Shown: positions 32,565 through 43,771 of the stretch, piece after piece
Layout: each line of letters opens with the position of its first letter
How positions within the stretch are numbered: the stretch's first letter is position 1
Assembly (NCBI GenBank): GCA_963727895.1
Contig: CAVSHT010000004.1
Coordinates: 160,001 to 224,000, forward strand
Origin: an uncultured Methanosarcinaceae archaeon
GTDB lineage: Archaea; Halobacteriota; Methanosarcinia; Methanosarcinales; Methanosarcinaceae
Length of the DNA: 64,000 bases
Direction: 5' to 3'
The notes under the pieces: generated by a model
Databases searched by the model: none
The model's input: only the letters and a program-made list of their open reading frames with translations
Told to the model about the DNA's origin: nothing
Translations under genes and position numbers: made by a program

Positions 32565-33209
32565 AATAAAACCTCTGTTAAAATCTATTAAATATCTTAA
32601 ATATAATATTTGTTATAATATTTGTTAAATACTTCTATGGGGAATGGCAGTCAAAGATTTTTGCAAGATTCAGATATTTTTAAAATAATAAATAAATACA
32701 TTTCGTAAGTTAGCATTGTTAAGCTAACAAATAACACAAAAAAGTGAGAGTGTATAAAAAATATCAGGAATAAACAGTCGTGATTAATGTTAAAACAAAG
32801 TGGCAAAAAATTTTTAGCTTTTCCGTAAAAAGGGATCTGTTATATCTTACTTTTTCTTTTAATCCTTTTTAATCATATTGAGACTCATAGGAAAACTACG
32901 TTGAGAGTTCACAGGATACTTGAAGGATTTATATCCAGAAAAAAATAGTTTTTGAGAAACTTTAAAATCTCATATTTAATATAAGTTCTTTTAAGTGTTT
33001 TGATTTGAAAAATAGGTTTATATATTATTTATTCAAATTTGTGAATGTCAAATGGTGAATAGCCGACAGACAATAAAAAATGGGACTTACGCAATTGGGC
33101 TGGAAATCAGTAGAATAAAATTTTCAAGCCGCTTAGGTCATAATTTATGAGAGACTTATTTGCGCTTTATCTTGTACCTTATGTGCGGTCGTCCAAAGGA
33201 GAATTTGAT

Positions 33210-34580
33210 ATGAAAAAATGGTTCTTGCCTACGATGGTCTTATTAGTATTAGGTATACTATTAATGCCCACAACTCTAGCAGAAGGCAATGTAAAAGTTA
33301 ATGACTTTTCTTCAAATGTTACAAATGGATCTGTTACCTTATATACCAGGTTTACTGGTAATGTCACAGGGAACATTACTAATTGGAAATTTACATTTAC
33401 AAATGTAGTAACAGGAAACACTACTAACAGCGGTGGAACCGACAGTGCAAACATAACAACTCACCATAATATTAAAAAACCTGGTGTTTATAATGTTACG
33501 CTGCTAGTATGGGGACCCGATGGAAATGACTCACTTACAAAAGTAGCCTATGTAACTGCCAATATGGGTAGTTCAAACACACCAGTTGCAGATTTCACTG
33601 CATCGTCTACTTCTGGAAGTGCACCATTGAATGTAACCTTCACTGATAATAGTACAAGAGCAACTGCCTGGTACTGGAAGTTTGGAGACGGAAACAGTTC
33701 AACCAAGGAGAATCCAACTCATAACTACACTACAGATGGAAAATATACTGTTATCCTGGCAGTAAAGAATGCAAATGGCTGGAGTGCAAAAACTCAGGAT
33801 ATAACTGTAGGAAGTGGGCTCCCAGTAGCTGATTTTAGTGCAGATAATTCCAGTGGCTCTGTACAATTTACTGACGCATCTCAAAATGCAACCTCATGGT
33901 CCTGGGACTTCGGAGACGGAGAAACTTCAACCGATGAGAATCCAGTACATACTTATTCCGCAGCAGGAAACTATACAGTAACACTTACAGCAAGCAATGA
34001 AAATGGTTATGTCTCAAAAATTAGTGAAATAAATTTAACAGAAGATAACATTGCTAATGAAGATAGTAGTAGCAGTAGCAGCAGTAGTGATAGTAGCGAT
34101 AGTAGCGATAGTAGCGATAGTAGCGATAGTAGTGACAGCAGCAGCGGCAGTGGCAGTGGTACCGGTAGCGCCAGTATAGTTAGTTCTACTTCAAGTTCCG
34201 CTTCAGATTCTACTTCAAGTTCTACTTCAACAATATCTGTGAATGGAGCAGATAACGCAACAGAAGCTGTAAATGGAACAGATAACGTAACAGAAGCTGT
34301 AAATGGAACAGATAACGTAACAGAAGCTGTAAATGGAACAGATAATGTAACAGCAGCAGTGAATGAAACAGATAATGTAACACAAGCTGTAAATGAAACC
34401 GAATCTAATATTCAGGATATTAATAACGACAGTACAGCAACAAATACTGAAATGCCTGAGCAGACAGAGAGTTCAAATAATTCTACCCAAAACACTTCTG
34501 GAAGCACAAGTACACCTGGCTTTGAAATGATTTACGGAATAGCCGGACTTGTTGGAGTAGCACTCTACAGAAGAAGATAA
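33210..34580 (+). CDS. PKD-domain surface glycoprotein with PGF-CTERM anchor
   Basis: PKD motifs; Ser/Asp and sequon-rich repeats; C-terminal TPGF + TM helix + RRR. Confidence 0.92.
   Translation: MKKWFLPTMVLLVLGILLMPTTLAEGNVKVNDFSSNVTNGSVTLYTRFTGNVTGNITNWKFTFTNVVTGNTTNSGGTDSANITTHHNIKKPGVYNVTLLVWGPDGNDSLTKVAYVTANMGSSNTPVADFTASSTSGSAPLNVTFTDNSTRATAWYWKFGDGNSSTKENPTHNYTTDGKYTVILAVKNANGWSAKTQDITVGSGLPVADFSADNSSGSVQFTDASQNATSWSWDFGDGETSTDENPVHTYSAAGNYTVTLTASNENGYVSKISEINLTEDNIANEDSSSSSSSSDSSDSSDSSDSSDSSDSSSGSGSGTGSASIVSSTSSSASDSTSSSTSTISVNGADNATEAVNGTDNVTEAVNGTDNVTEAVNGTDNVTAAVNETDNVTQAVNETESNIQDINNDSTATNTEMPEQTESSNNSTQNTSGSTSTPGFEMIYGIAGLVGVALYRRR
34063..34400 (+). repeat. Coding repeats: (GATAGTAGC)n Ser-Asp tract and ~5 x 30-bp VNGTDNVTEA units
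   Basis: Directly visible tandem repeats; each 10-aa unit carries N-x-T sequons. Confidence 0.9.
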
Positions 34581-34622
34581 GAAAAATCAATTGTAATTAA
34601 ATATTGATTTAGTAAATCAAGT

Positions 34623-34654
34623 CTGACAAAAAGGTTCATTCACCTTTTTGCCAG
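34623..34654. terminator. Hairpin between the convergent PKD gene and topA
   Basis: CTG.CAAAAAGGT-loop-ACCTTTTTG.CAG followed by T tracts. Confidence 0.5.
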
Positions 34655-34873
34655 ATTTCATAGCTATTTTTTCTATTTTTCAAAAAATTTGTTTCTGAAG
34701 TTTTCTTGTTTTTTGAATTCAACATTGATAAATACAGTAAGTCCAAATAACTATTAAGATAATTTTTTGCATTTTTGCGGTTCAGAAATGCATTTCATCT
34801 GATGAATCAGAGATTTAGATTCAAACCTCTAAAAGCAGGTAAAATAAAAAACCGGTGTCATTAAGAGTTATTT

Positions 34874-37130
34874 TCATGCATCTCCAATTGCACCGTTACA
34901 TGAAACCTGCCAGTTTTTAATTTTCTTTACGCTCATCTTTATTGTTTTTGCAAGTTCTACAGGATCAGCTTCTGCCAGAGCTTCTACACTTGTAATCCCG
35001 GCTTCTTCCAGCTTTCCTGCTGTCGCTTTTCCCACGCCTTCCAAGTCCTGAATTGATTTGGGCCTTTCTTTTTTAGGTTGTTGAGCCTGCTCTTCCTTTT
35101 GAGTTTTCTGCCATTCTATAAAATTGCAATGAGGGCATCCAAGATCCCAGGGTCGTTTTCCCGAATTGATTATGCGGATATGATGCAGTCCATGTGCTTC
35201 ACAGGATTTGTCAGTAACTATAATCTGTCCGCTTCTTGGCAGAGGAAGGGAAAATGTACAGTTAGGATAATTATTACAGCCTATGAAACGGCTTCCTCTC
35301 TTGGAACGCCGGATCATAAGCTCATTTCCGCATTCAGGGCAGACACCAATTATTTTGTCTTCCCTCAGACCTGCTTGAAGAGATTCTACTATTTTGTCCC
35401 GGTTTTTATCAAGTTCCGAAAATACTTGCTTTAGTATATCCCTTGATTCTTCCAGAACGGCAATCTCTTTAATCTTGCCTTCTGCAATCAGGTCCATGTT
35501 TTCTTCCAGAAGCTGTGTCATGTCCGGCTTTGTAATAGTGGGAGAATACTTTTCAAGAGTATCCATAACTGCAAAAGAAGTGTTCGTAGGCTGAACCGGG
35601 TTTCCATGAATATAAGCCCTTGAATAGAGTTTACTGATTATTTCGTGCCTGGTTGCCTTTGTCCCAAGACCTAATTCTTCCATAATATTGATAAGTCTAC
35701 CCTGCCCGTAACGTCCAGGAGGCTGGGTTTCTTTATCCAGCATCTCTTTTTTAATCACTTTCAGGATATCACCTTCATGAAGTTCGGGAAATAGCCTGTC
35801 TTCAGGCGCATTGTAAGGATAGTACCATCTCCATCCCGGTTCCACAAGCCTTGCTCCGTTTGCTCTTAATTCTTCTCCATTGATGTCAAGTCTCAAACGC
35901 ATGGTTTCCCATTCGCTTGGTCCGGCAAAGGTAGCAAAAAAACGCCTGACTACAAGTTCATAAACTTTCCATTCTTCCTCTTTTAAGTCATCTTTTTTTG
36001 CGAGGGAAGCAGGATAAATAGGCGGGTGGTCGGTGGTTTCTTTTTTTCCTCGCGTAGGAATGAGTTCGGCTTTCTCAAGCAGGGCGTCTGCGTATTCTTT
36101 AAAGGGGCCTTCTTTGAAAATCTCAATCTGTGCCCTCAGGTCAAGGGTATCGGGATAAACCGTATTGTCAGTCCTGGGGTATGAAATGTAACCGTTCGTA
36201 TAGAGAGATTCAGCTATGCGCATTGCGTTTGCGGGACTGAGCCCGATTGAGTTTGCTGCGCTTATGAAACCTGTGGTGTTGAACGGAGTTGGAGGCTGGT
36301 CAGTCTTTTTTCCTTTTTCGATTTCCTTTAATTCGGCCTGTTTTCCCAGTTTCTTGAAGGCTTTTGCTGCGTCTTCTTTGTCCAGAAAACGGCGAGTTGA
36401 ATGTTGAACTGAAAAAAGTTTCTCCTTCTGCATTTTGAAGTTCGGCATGAATCTCCCAGTAAGGAGTCGGAACGAAAACATTTCTTTCTTTTTCTCTGTC
36501 AACAATAAGAGAAAGGGTTGGCGACTGTACTCTGCCTACGGAAAGGAACATCTTTCCAAGCCTGCCTGCGGCAAGAGAAATATAACGGGTAAGAGCTGCG
36601 CCCCATACCAGGTCAATGACCTGCCTTGAATGGCCTGCGTCCGCGAGATTAAAATCGACATCTGTTGGGTTTGAAAAAGCGGCTTCTATTGCTTTTGGGG
36701 TTATTGCACTGTAGCGGACCCGGTCAAAAGGAGCATCTGGATTTACCTTTTTTATAATATTAAGGGCTTCGACACCTATCAGTTCTCCTTCCCGATCGTA
36801 GTCCGTAGCAATTGTGACCCTGCTTGCCTCTTTTCCCAGGCTTCTAAGGGCAGTTACGATCTTCCGGTTGATAGGAGTTGTTATGATATCGGCGTCGATA
36901 AGGGCTTTAGCTTCCACTTTCTGCCAATTATTGTACTCCTTGGGAAAGTCGATTCCTACTATATGGCCCGACAGCCCTACAACCACAGTCTCCTGACTAT
37001 TCCCATCGGACACGATCTCATACCGGTATACGTCCACTCCGCTGACTCTATCCTTCTTAGGGTTTTTTGGAGCCAGAATCGCAGCTATCCTCCTTGCTGC
37101 TATATTTTTTTCCGTTACAATAAGGTGCAT
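34874..37130 (-). CDS. topA: DNA topoisomerase I (type IA); one homopolymer frameshift near 36415
   Basis: Toprim LIVTEK, ATDYDREGE, SVGRVQSP, catalytic GYISYPRTD, zinc ribbons, C-terminal HhH. Confidence 0.95.
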
Positions 37131-37316
37131 TTAAAACTCCGGTATAATTTTTTTATATTCTATGGAGGAACACTGGCGTACCCCAAAACTCCTGCCAGTC
37201 TGAGACAAAGCCTGCCTCCTAATTCTTGAAGTTTCCTTTTGCAATATAAATTTTTGGATCGAATCTCCAAATATACTGTCATCCGTAACTAAAATTAGGT
37301 TCAGAGCTCTTTATCC

Positions 37317-37339
37317 CAAGCCTTTTAAAAAAAGGCTTG
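37317..37339. repeat. Intergenic palindrome CAAGCCTTTT-AAA-AAAAGGCTTG
   Basis: Perfect 10-bp arms; degenerate look-alikes near 27453 and 63341. Confidence 0.6.
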
Positions 37340-37466
37340 AGCGAAAATTATTTATTCACCCAGCAGCTTCTCTTGGATCCATTTATTCATTCCAATTTAT
37401 TCCTTCTCAATTAATCCTTCTTAAATTAGTCTTCTTCATAATCCTTCTTATCTCCGGCTGATGTTC

Positions 37467-37958
37467 TCAGGGTTTTCCATCACCTTCAATCAGCCTAAAA
37501 GCAAGTTCTACGGCTTCTTCAGGACTTTTTGCTCTGTGCACGCCTTCGATTTTCCAGCCTGGTTCGAGTACGACTACAGGTTTTCCCATCTTCAGGCCAA
37601 GGGCTATCTCCGAAAGTGTTCCGTATTCTCCATTAACTGCAATCAATGCATCCGAAGACTGCGCTATAAGAGCATTTCTGGCATGCCCCATCCCGCTGAC
37701 GACTGCGATATCTATCCAGAGATTTGCTTCCTCTCTCAGGACTCCGGGCAAAATTCCCAGGGTTATTCCTCCTTCCTGCTTTGCTCCGTATGCTGCGGCC
37801 TCCATGACTCCGCCCAGACCTCCGCAGAGCAGAACCGCCCCTCTTTTTGCGACTTCTCTTCCCACCATTTCTGCAAGGGCCCTGACCTCACTGCCACAAG
37901 CCCCTGCGCCTATAACTCCTATCTGTTTTCTGGCCTCTGTTTTCACTGGTGCTCTCAT
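37467..37958 (-). CDS. TIGR00725/LOG-like Rossmann-fold nucleotide-binding protein
   Basis: IGVIGAG, CGGLGGVMEA, GMGHARN, GEYGTLSE. Confidence 0.88.
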   Translation of the reverse strand: MRAPVKTEARKQIGVIGAGACGSEVRALAEMVGREVAKRGAVLLCGGLGGVMEAAAYGAKQEGGITLGILPGVLREEANLWIDIAVVSGMGHARNALIAQSSDALIAVNGEYGTLSEIALGLKMGKPVVVLEPGWKIEGVHRAKSPEEAVELAFRLIEGDGKP

Positions 37959-38045
37959 TACGCAAACACCCTTTTCTTTGCTTCAGGTCTTTGATACGGA
38001 TCTCCTGTCTCCAGTGAGTCAGGGCTTGATAGCTTTCAAAAATGA

Positions 38046-38570
38046 TTAGATATAATGGCTCTGAATTTCCACAATCTCAGTACTGTTCTTTGCAGTTGCA
38101 TATTCTTCAAGCGGTTCCTTATTGAGTTCGAGAAAACTGTGCCCCCAGTTAAACTTGGAGAGAACTTTTTCAGCCTGTTCTTTATGCCCTAAAATGTAGA
38201 GAGCTGCTGCAAAGGCTTCGGCTGAATTGAGTTTGAAAGGCCTTCCGAAATTCACAGGATTGCCTGCAAGCAGATAGGGAAGAGCCCTATGCTCAAGGTT
38301 CAGCTTTCGCAAGTTCGGGAAAAACTCTTTCCACTTCTTCCCAGGAACAATCGAGTACGATAATCCCTTTTCCGAAATCATCGGCAGGAGAAAGAGCTTT
38401 TTCTGCAGTGGGTCCAGAAGGATCGCTGATCTGGGCAGTCTTGATATCCTGTCGTAAAGACGGGCAAGGTCAAAGCGAGCCAATTTCCTTCCAGTACACT
38501 TTTTCGGGTCACATTGCCCGGCATGGTAGATATAAAGGGGAATATCCCGTTGATTTGTCGGATTCATCAA
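38046..38570 (-). CDS. tsr3: rRNA aminocarboxypropyltransferase Tsr3 (two compensating frameshifts)
   Basis: [41 protein letters not shown]; the conserved DCSW motif lies in the alternative frame. Confidence 0.92.
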   Translation of the reverse strand: MMNPTNQRDIPLYIYHAGQCDPKKCTGRKLARFDLARLYDRISRLPRSAILLDPLQKKLFLLPMISEKGLSYSIVPGKKWKEFFPNLRKLNLEHRALPYLLAGNPVNFGRPFKLNSAEAFAAALYILGHKEQAEKVLSKFNWGHSFLELNKEPLEEYATAKNSTEIVEIQSHYI

Positions 38571-39226
38571 TTATCCTCTGGAATATAAGATTTTATTTAA
38601 ACAGTGTTCCTTATTTACCTGTTTCCTTGTTTCCTGCTTCCTTGTTTACCTGTTTTCTGTGTATCTGCTTTTGTGTACGGTACGGCTTTATTTTTAACTA
38701 GAAGACTTTTTTGAAAAATAATAATAAGTTAGCTTATATATAATGATCAATATATAATTAATTATCCCACTGCTTCGTCTTTGGTCAAGTTTGAAGATGG
38801 ATTAATATTGAAATTAATATTTTAATAATATCCTATCTTAGTGATGTTGAGTGGTAAATAAACAGTTTACTTTAGCTTATGTCACTCCGGTAATTCGTGA
38901 TGGAAAAGATTCATTCAGTTAATAATCTTTAACAACAGAGTTCTGTGGGGTTTATTAAAGATAGGGTAGATAACATAGCGGATTCCATCGATTAATTGAC
39001 CCGGAAAAAAGAGATTCTTCTTCTTTGTGGAGGAGGAAGTCTATATTCTCTTTGATTCTAGTTATTTATGAGCAGTTAGTAAATCATCCAGAAACATGAG
39101 GTTTCGTATAGGATAAATTATACCTCTTTTACGGTGCTCATGTAAATTCTTAACATTCTAGCAGAGGGAGTATGGATTAAGAAGCTATATATTTGGGGAG
39201 GATGGACTATATGGAACAACCAGTTG

Positions 39227-39778
39227 ATGTTCGAACAGTCAACTAATTATGATAACAATGTCAGCTATGAAATACTGCAGGTGCCCTGGTGGGTTGTTCT
39301 CTTGGAGGGGATAATTGCCATTCTTTTAGGTTTATTCCTTTTATACAGGCCTGCAGCAACTACTGTTTTACTCATACAGATCCTTGGTATTTTCTGGTTA
39401 GCAGAAGGAATTCTTTCTGTTATTGGGGCATTGATATTTTCTGGAAATAGGGTATGGAAACTGCTTTCGGGTATCTTGAGCATTATTGCAGGAGTCGTTA
39501 TATTGATTTACCCAATTTACAGTTCTTTAATAGTTCTTACTTTGTTCATTATCTTTATAGGAATATGGGCTATTATCAACGGGGTCGTAAAAATTGCTCT
39601 AGCCCTTAAAGGAGGAGGATGGGGAATAGGGATTATTGGTATTCTTACAATAATTATAGGTCTGCTACTCCTAACCAATTCTCTGGTAGGAGTCCTGTTT
39701 TTGCCATGGATATTCGGTTTTCTCCTTATTCTCGGGGGAATAGGATCACTTATATGGGGATTAAAAATACGAACCTGA
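39227..39778 (+). CDS. HdeD/DUF308 family membrane protein
   Basis: WWVVLLEGIIAILLG followed by six Gly-rich TM helices. Confidence 0.85.
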   Translation: MFEQSTNYDNNVSYEILQVPWWVVLLEGIIAILLGLFLLYRPAATTVLLIQILGIFWLAEGILSVIGALIFSGNRVWKLLSGILSIIAGVVILIYPIYSSLIVLTLFIIFIGIWAIINGVVKIALALKGGGWGIGIIGILTIIIGLLLLTNSLVGVLFLPWIFGFLLILGGIGSLIWGLKIRT

Positions 39779-39813
39779 TAACGGATATTACAGGATAAGG
39801 GGGATACTTTATT

Positions 39814-40194
39814 ATGGAAAGACCTATTGGTGTCACGATTTTGGCTTTTATAGCCGTAATTCTGGCTTTTTTAAATGCTATTGTAATGCTCCGATTTCTC
39901 GGCTTTTTACCTTTTTTAGGATTTATTGAAGGCCGTATTTTCAGTCTTTGGTATGCACTGCTGTACGGTCTGCTCGTCTACATATGGGTGTGGCTGGCTC
40001 AGATGCTCTGGCAAATGGATCAGCAAGCCTGGATGTTTTTGGCCATCATTACGATATTCAATCTTTGTATTGATTTTGTAGTACTAGTTACAGGAGGCTC
40101 ATGGTATGATGTAAAATTTTCAGTTCTCGTGAATACCCTCGTTATTATCTATATCATGCTGCCAGGTGTGAGGGGGGCATTCGAGACAGACTAA
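39814..40194 (+). CDS. Four-TM hypothetical membrane protein
   Basis: RPIGVTILA N-terminus and YIMLPGVRGAF C-terminus. Confidence 0.75.
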   Translation: MERPIGVTILAFIAVILAFLNAIVMLRFLGFLPFLGFIEGRIFSLWYALLYGLLVYIWVWLAQMLWQMDQQAWMFLAIITIFNLCIDFVVLVTGGSWYDVKFSVLVNTLVIIYIMLPGVRGAFETD

Positions 40195-40402
40195 GGAGCG
40201 AAGATAAAGGGTGTGGTATAGATCACAATTGTCCTCAAAAACATTATAGAACGCTTTATGACAGGTACATCTGGAGATAAAAAAGAGAATTTTTCTGTCA
40301 ATCAAAGATCTTTCTGTCAACAAAAGTTCTTAACTTGATTTGTTATAAAATTCATAATATTAAGAATGATAAAATATATATTTATTATTATTTACAATAG
40401 AA

Positions 40403-40681
40403 ATGATGAGATCTTCTCTAATCACAATTCTTTTGTCATCCGAAAAAAGGACTGAGCTACTCCTCCTTCTCAAGGAAAAGCCCAGGGCCATTGATGAGAT
40501 CAATAATGAGCTTGATACAAATTCAGTTGCGATCCTCCCCCAGCTTAAAAAATTAAAGGAAAATGGGCTCGTGATTCAGCAGGATAAAATATATGATCTT
40601 TCCCTTCTCGGAAAAATTATTGTCCGAAAAATGGAATCTCTTGTAAAGGCTTTCAGGCAGCTTGAGGAAGACTATAATTAG
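40403..40681 (+). CDS. Winged-HTH (ArsR-like) regulator, possibly truncated
   Basis: SEKRTELLLLLKE..ILPQLKKL..Y.LSLLG; Methanosarcina proteins of this type usually carry an extra C-terminal domain. Confidence 0.75.
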   Translation: MMRSSLITILLSSEKRTELLLLLKEKPRAIDEINNELDTNSVAILPQLKKLKENGLVIQQDKIYDLSLLGKIIVRKMESLVKAFRQLEEDYN

Positions 40682-40875
40682 AGCAAGTATTAGAATTAGA
40701 AGACTAAATCTCTGTATTAAATATCTGTAAAACTGAGGCTTCAGAAAATCTGTTTTCTGAAACTCCTAATTTGGCAGACTGTAGAAGTATTGAAAACTAT
40801 AGAATATAGTCCATGTTGCCTTTAATAATCTATGTTGCCTTTAATTCATTTTATTGCTATCGAAAAATATTGAAT

Positions 40876-41451
40876 TTAGTCCTGTATTTCAAGCTGTTTT
40901 CGAGCTTTTTCTCTTACTTCTGCAAAAATATCATTTCCTTTTGCATCGATCCCTACAATAAGCGGTCCAAATTCTTCGACTCTGAGTACCCAGACTGCCT
41001 CAGGCATTCCAAGGTCAAACCAGTGGACAGCTTTTACTTCTTTGATTAACTCTGCAGCGAGAGCTGCACATCCTCCTGTATAAGCCAGATAAACACATCG
41101 GTTCTTCAGAACATTGGCTATATCTTTCATTCCGCCTTTACCAATAATTGCCCGAACTCCGTGAGATTTCAGGAGAGAAGGTGTCATTTTTGACATCCTG
41201 CCACTTGTTGTAGGACCTGCGGATATTACTTTCCAGCCGTTTTCGTTTTTCTGCATTAAGGGACCACAGTGGTAGACTACTGCTCCTTCGAGGGAAAAAG
41301 GAAGTTCTTCGTTCTGCTCTCCCATTTCGAGAATTCTGGCATGGGCTTCGTCTCTGGCTGTCAGGACTTCTCCTGAGATATAGACAATATCTCCCGCAGT
41401 GAGTTTTTCGATATCCTCTTTTTTAAGTGGAGTTTTTAGGTGATATTCCAT
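40876..41451 (-). CDS. Fe-S fumarate/tartrate hydratase beta subunit
   Basis: TARDEAH, YHCGP, GPTTSGRM, IIGKGG, LGMPEA. Confidence 0.93.
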   Translation of the reverse strand: MEYHLKTPLKKEDIEKLTAGDIVYISGEVLTARDEAHARILEMGEQNEELPFSLEGAVVYHCGPLMQKNENGWKVISAGPTTSGRMSKMTPSLLKSHGVRAIIGKGGMKDIANVLKNRCVYLAYTGGCAALAAELIKEVKAVHWFDLGMPEAVWVLRVEEFGPLIVGIDAKGNDIFAEVREKARKQLEIQD

Positions 41452-42293
41452 TATTCATCCCCCCTGAAAACTACTGAAGCATGACGATTTGCCCAACACT
41501 GAATGTTCACTGCAACTGGGAGGGAAGCTGTGTGACAGTGAGCTGTTTTTAAGTGCACTGCAAGGACAGTTGTGCTCCCGCCAAGACCCATACAGCCAAT
41601 CCCAAGAGCGTTTATAGCCTCAAAGATTTCTCTTTCCAATCCCTCCATAGGAGCGTCAAGAGGCTCAAGTAAAGCTTCTTTTGCGAGCCTAGCTGCGGCA
41701 TCAAAAGAACCGCCAATTCCAATTCCTATTGTTAAAGGAGGACAGGGCATTCCTCCAGCGTTTACTACGGTCTCTAAAACGAAGTTTTTGATGTTTCCGG
41801 TTTCAGTTGGATTAAACATACGCAGTGAACTCATATTTTCTGAACCTGCACCTTTAGGTGCAGCAGTGAGCTTTAAATGGTTTCCGGGAATAGGTTTCCA
41901 GTGAATATCTGGGATTCCAGTTCCAGTATTATTTCCGCTATTTTTTCTGGTTAGAGGATCAACGGCGTTCGGGCGGAGAGGAATTTCGGTTGTTGCAATG
42001 GTTACCGCCTCTCTAATTGCTGCTTCCAGATCAAAACCTGCTTGAAACTCAGTTCCAATTTCCGCAAAAAAGATCATAATGCCCGTGTCCTGACACATGG
42101 GAACTCTGTATTTTTTAGCAATTTCAAGGTTCTTTAGGATTGCCTTAAGCTGCGATTTTGCAACCTGATTTTCTTCTGAAGTCTCAGCTTTCCTGAGAGC
42201 ATTCACTACATCTTCAGGAAGCTCGATTTCTGCTTTTCTTAAAAGGTCTGCAACAGACCGGATAAAGCTTTCACGACTAATTTTTGAAGACAA
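41451..42293 (-). CDS. Fe-S fumarate/tartrate hydratase alpha subunit
   Basis: PMCQDTG, KGAGSEN, PCPP, HTASLPVAVNIQCWA. Confidence 0.93.
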   Translation of the reverse strand: MSSKISRESFIRSVADLLRKAEIELPEDVVNALRKAETSEENQVAKSQLKAILKNLEIAKKYRVPMCQDTGIMIFFAEIGTEFQAGFDLEAAIREAVTIATTEIPLRPNAVDPLTRKNSGNNTGTGIPDIHWKPIPGNHLKLTAAPKGAGSENMSSLRMFNPTETGNIKNFVLETVVNAGGMPCPPLTIGIGIGGSFDAAARLAKEALLEPLDAPMEGLEREIFEAINALGIGCMGLGGSTTVLAVHLKTAHCHTASLPVAVNIQCWANRHASVVFRGDE

Positions 42294-42740
42294 AGAATCA
42301 CCAAAAACGGAGCATACAAAATAGAATCTGAGAGAAGAAATTATAATTTCTTAATACTTGTGAGAATAAATTCAAAGCTTTTGAGAGTTACACGCCTGAT
42401 TTCAAATAAAGTTTGCCCTCTATGCGTTTCTCTATGGAAAATTTATTATTCATTTTTTAACTTTTGAAGAGTAAAAGCCAGATTGTCTTTGAAAATCTTA
42501 AATATAAATACCTGAGTGATTCATTAATCCAAAAAAATTCTAAAGAAAAAATGTAATATATGTACAACACATAAACTATGCAACAAAATATGAGATGACC
42601 CTCATGATAAAATTTAAGAAAATTATAAAATATGCGGTTTTGGGCAGTTTCATTGGAGTACTTCTGGTTTATCTCAAGTTTAAGAGAGTAAATATTAAAG
42701 AGTAAACTTCAAGGAAATTTGGGGAGAGAATCTTAATTTT

Positions 42741-43480
42741 GTCATTGATACTTAAACATAGTTATATACTATTAGAAAGTATATTTCTTCATGAACTGCC
42801 CCAGATGCAATAGTTCTAATTACAAAAAGAACGGTATAGTTGGTGGGCGTCAACGGTACAAATGCTCTGATTGTGGCTATAACTATACAGTAGAGCTAAA
42901 ATCAACTGCTTTTTCCGCCTCTGTTAAAAAACAGGCTTTACAACTCTATCTTGAAGGATTGGGCTTTCGTTCAATAGGAAGAGTTTTAGGGGTGAGTCAT
43001 GTTTCTGTCCAAAGATGGATAAAGAAATTTGGTCAGGAGTTAGAGGACCTAAAAAGTGAAAATGAGATATCTATTGTTGAAATGGATGAGATGCACACTT
43101 ACATCGGTAACAATAAAAATATTGCTGGATCTGGATTGCTGTTGATAGAGTTGGGAAAAAGTTCATCAACTGCTCTTTTGATAGCAGAGGAACGGAAACT
43201 GGAAAACTACTCTGGGAAAAAGTGAAGAAAAAAGAGATTGGAGAAGTGATGACAGATCACTGGAGAGCATATGCAGAGTTTCTTCCAGAAAAGATCCATA
43301 CTCAATCCAAAGCAGAAACGTATACTGTTGAAGGATATAACAGCATATTGAAGCACTTTCTGGCAAGGTTGAGAAGAAAGACAAAGTGTTATACGAAGAG
43401 TCTTGAAATGCTAAAGTACTCGGTTATTCTATTGATGAAATACAGAAATAAAGAACTAGATATATTTAAGTAACAATACC
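42741..43480 (+). mobile_element. IS1-family element (copy 4; slippery A-run interrupted)
   Basis: insA 42791-43225 and insB open; AACAATAAAAAT in place of A8; left IR begins GTCATTG. Confidence 0.95.
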
Positions 43481-43771
43481 TGAAAATTTGTTTGAAAAGG
43501 TGATCAGGGAACTTGATACTTGAACCTGTTAAACGCCCTTTTTTGTAAGTTTGAATTTCACACTGACGTGAAAAAAGTACTGTCAAGTCTACGGATGCGA
43601 AGGAATTATTCCAGATACTGCTGAGTCTATAAAATGTCTAACATCCATCAACTTGATAGAACCTCGAGCATTTCATCTTTACAATTACAAGTATAATAAA
43701 AGTCTTAAAATTAAAAGATCTCAATAAAAATTCAATTTTCTTTTTCAACATTCAAGGAACCTGCATAATAT

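Noticed and set aside
34238..34400. 30-bp repeats as CRISPR or non-coding array
   Set aside because: They are in-frame coding repeats of the surface protein.
36405..36425. Programmed frameshift in topA
   Set aside because: No precedent known to me, and other homopolymer indels nearby point to assembly error.
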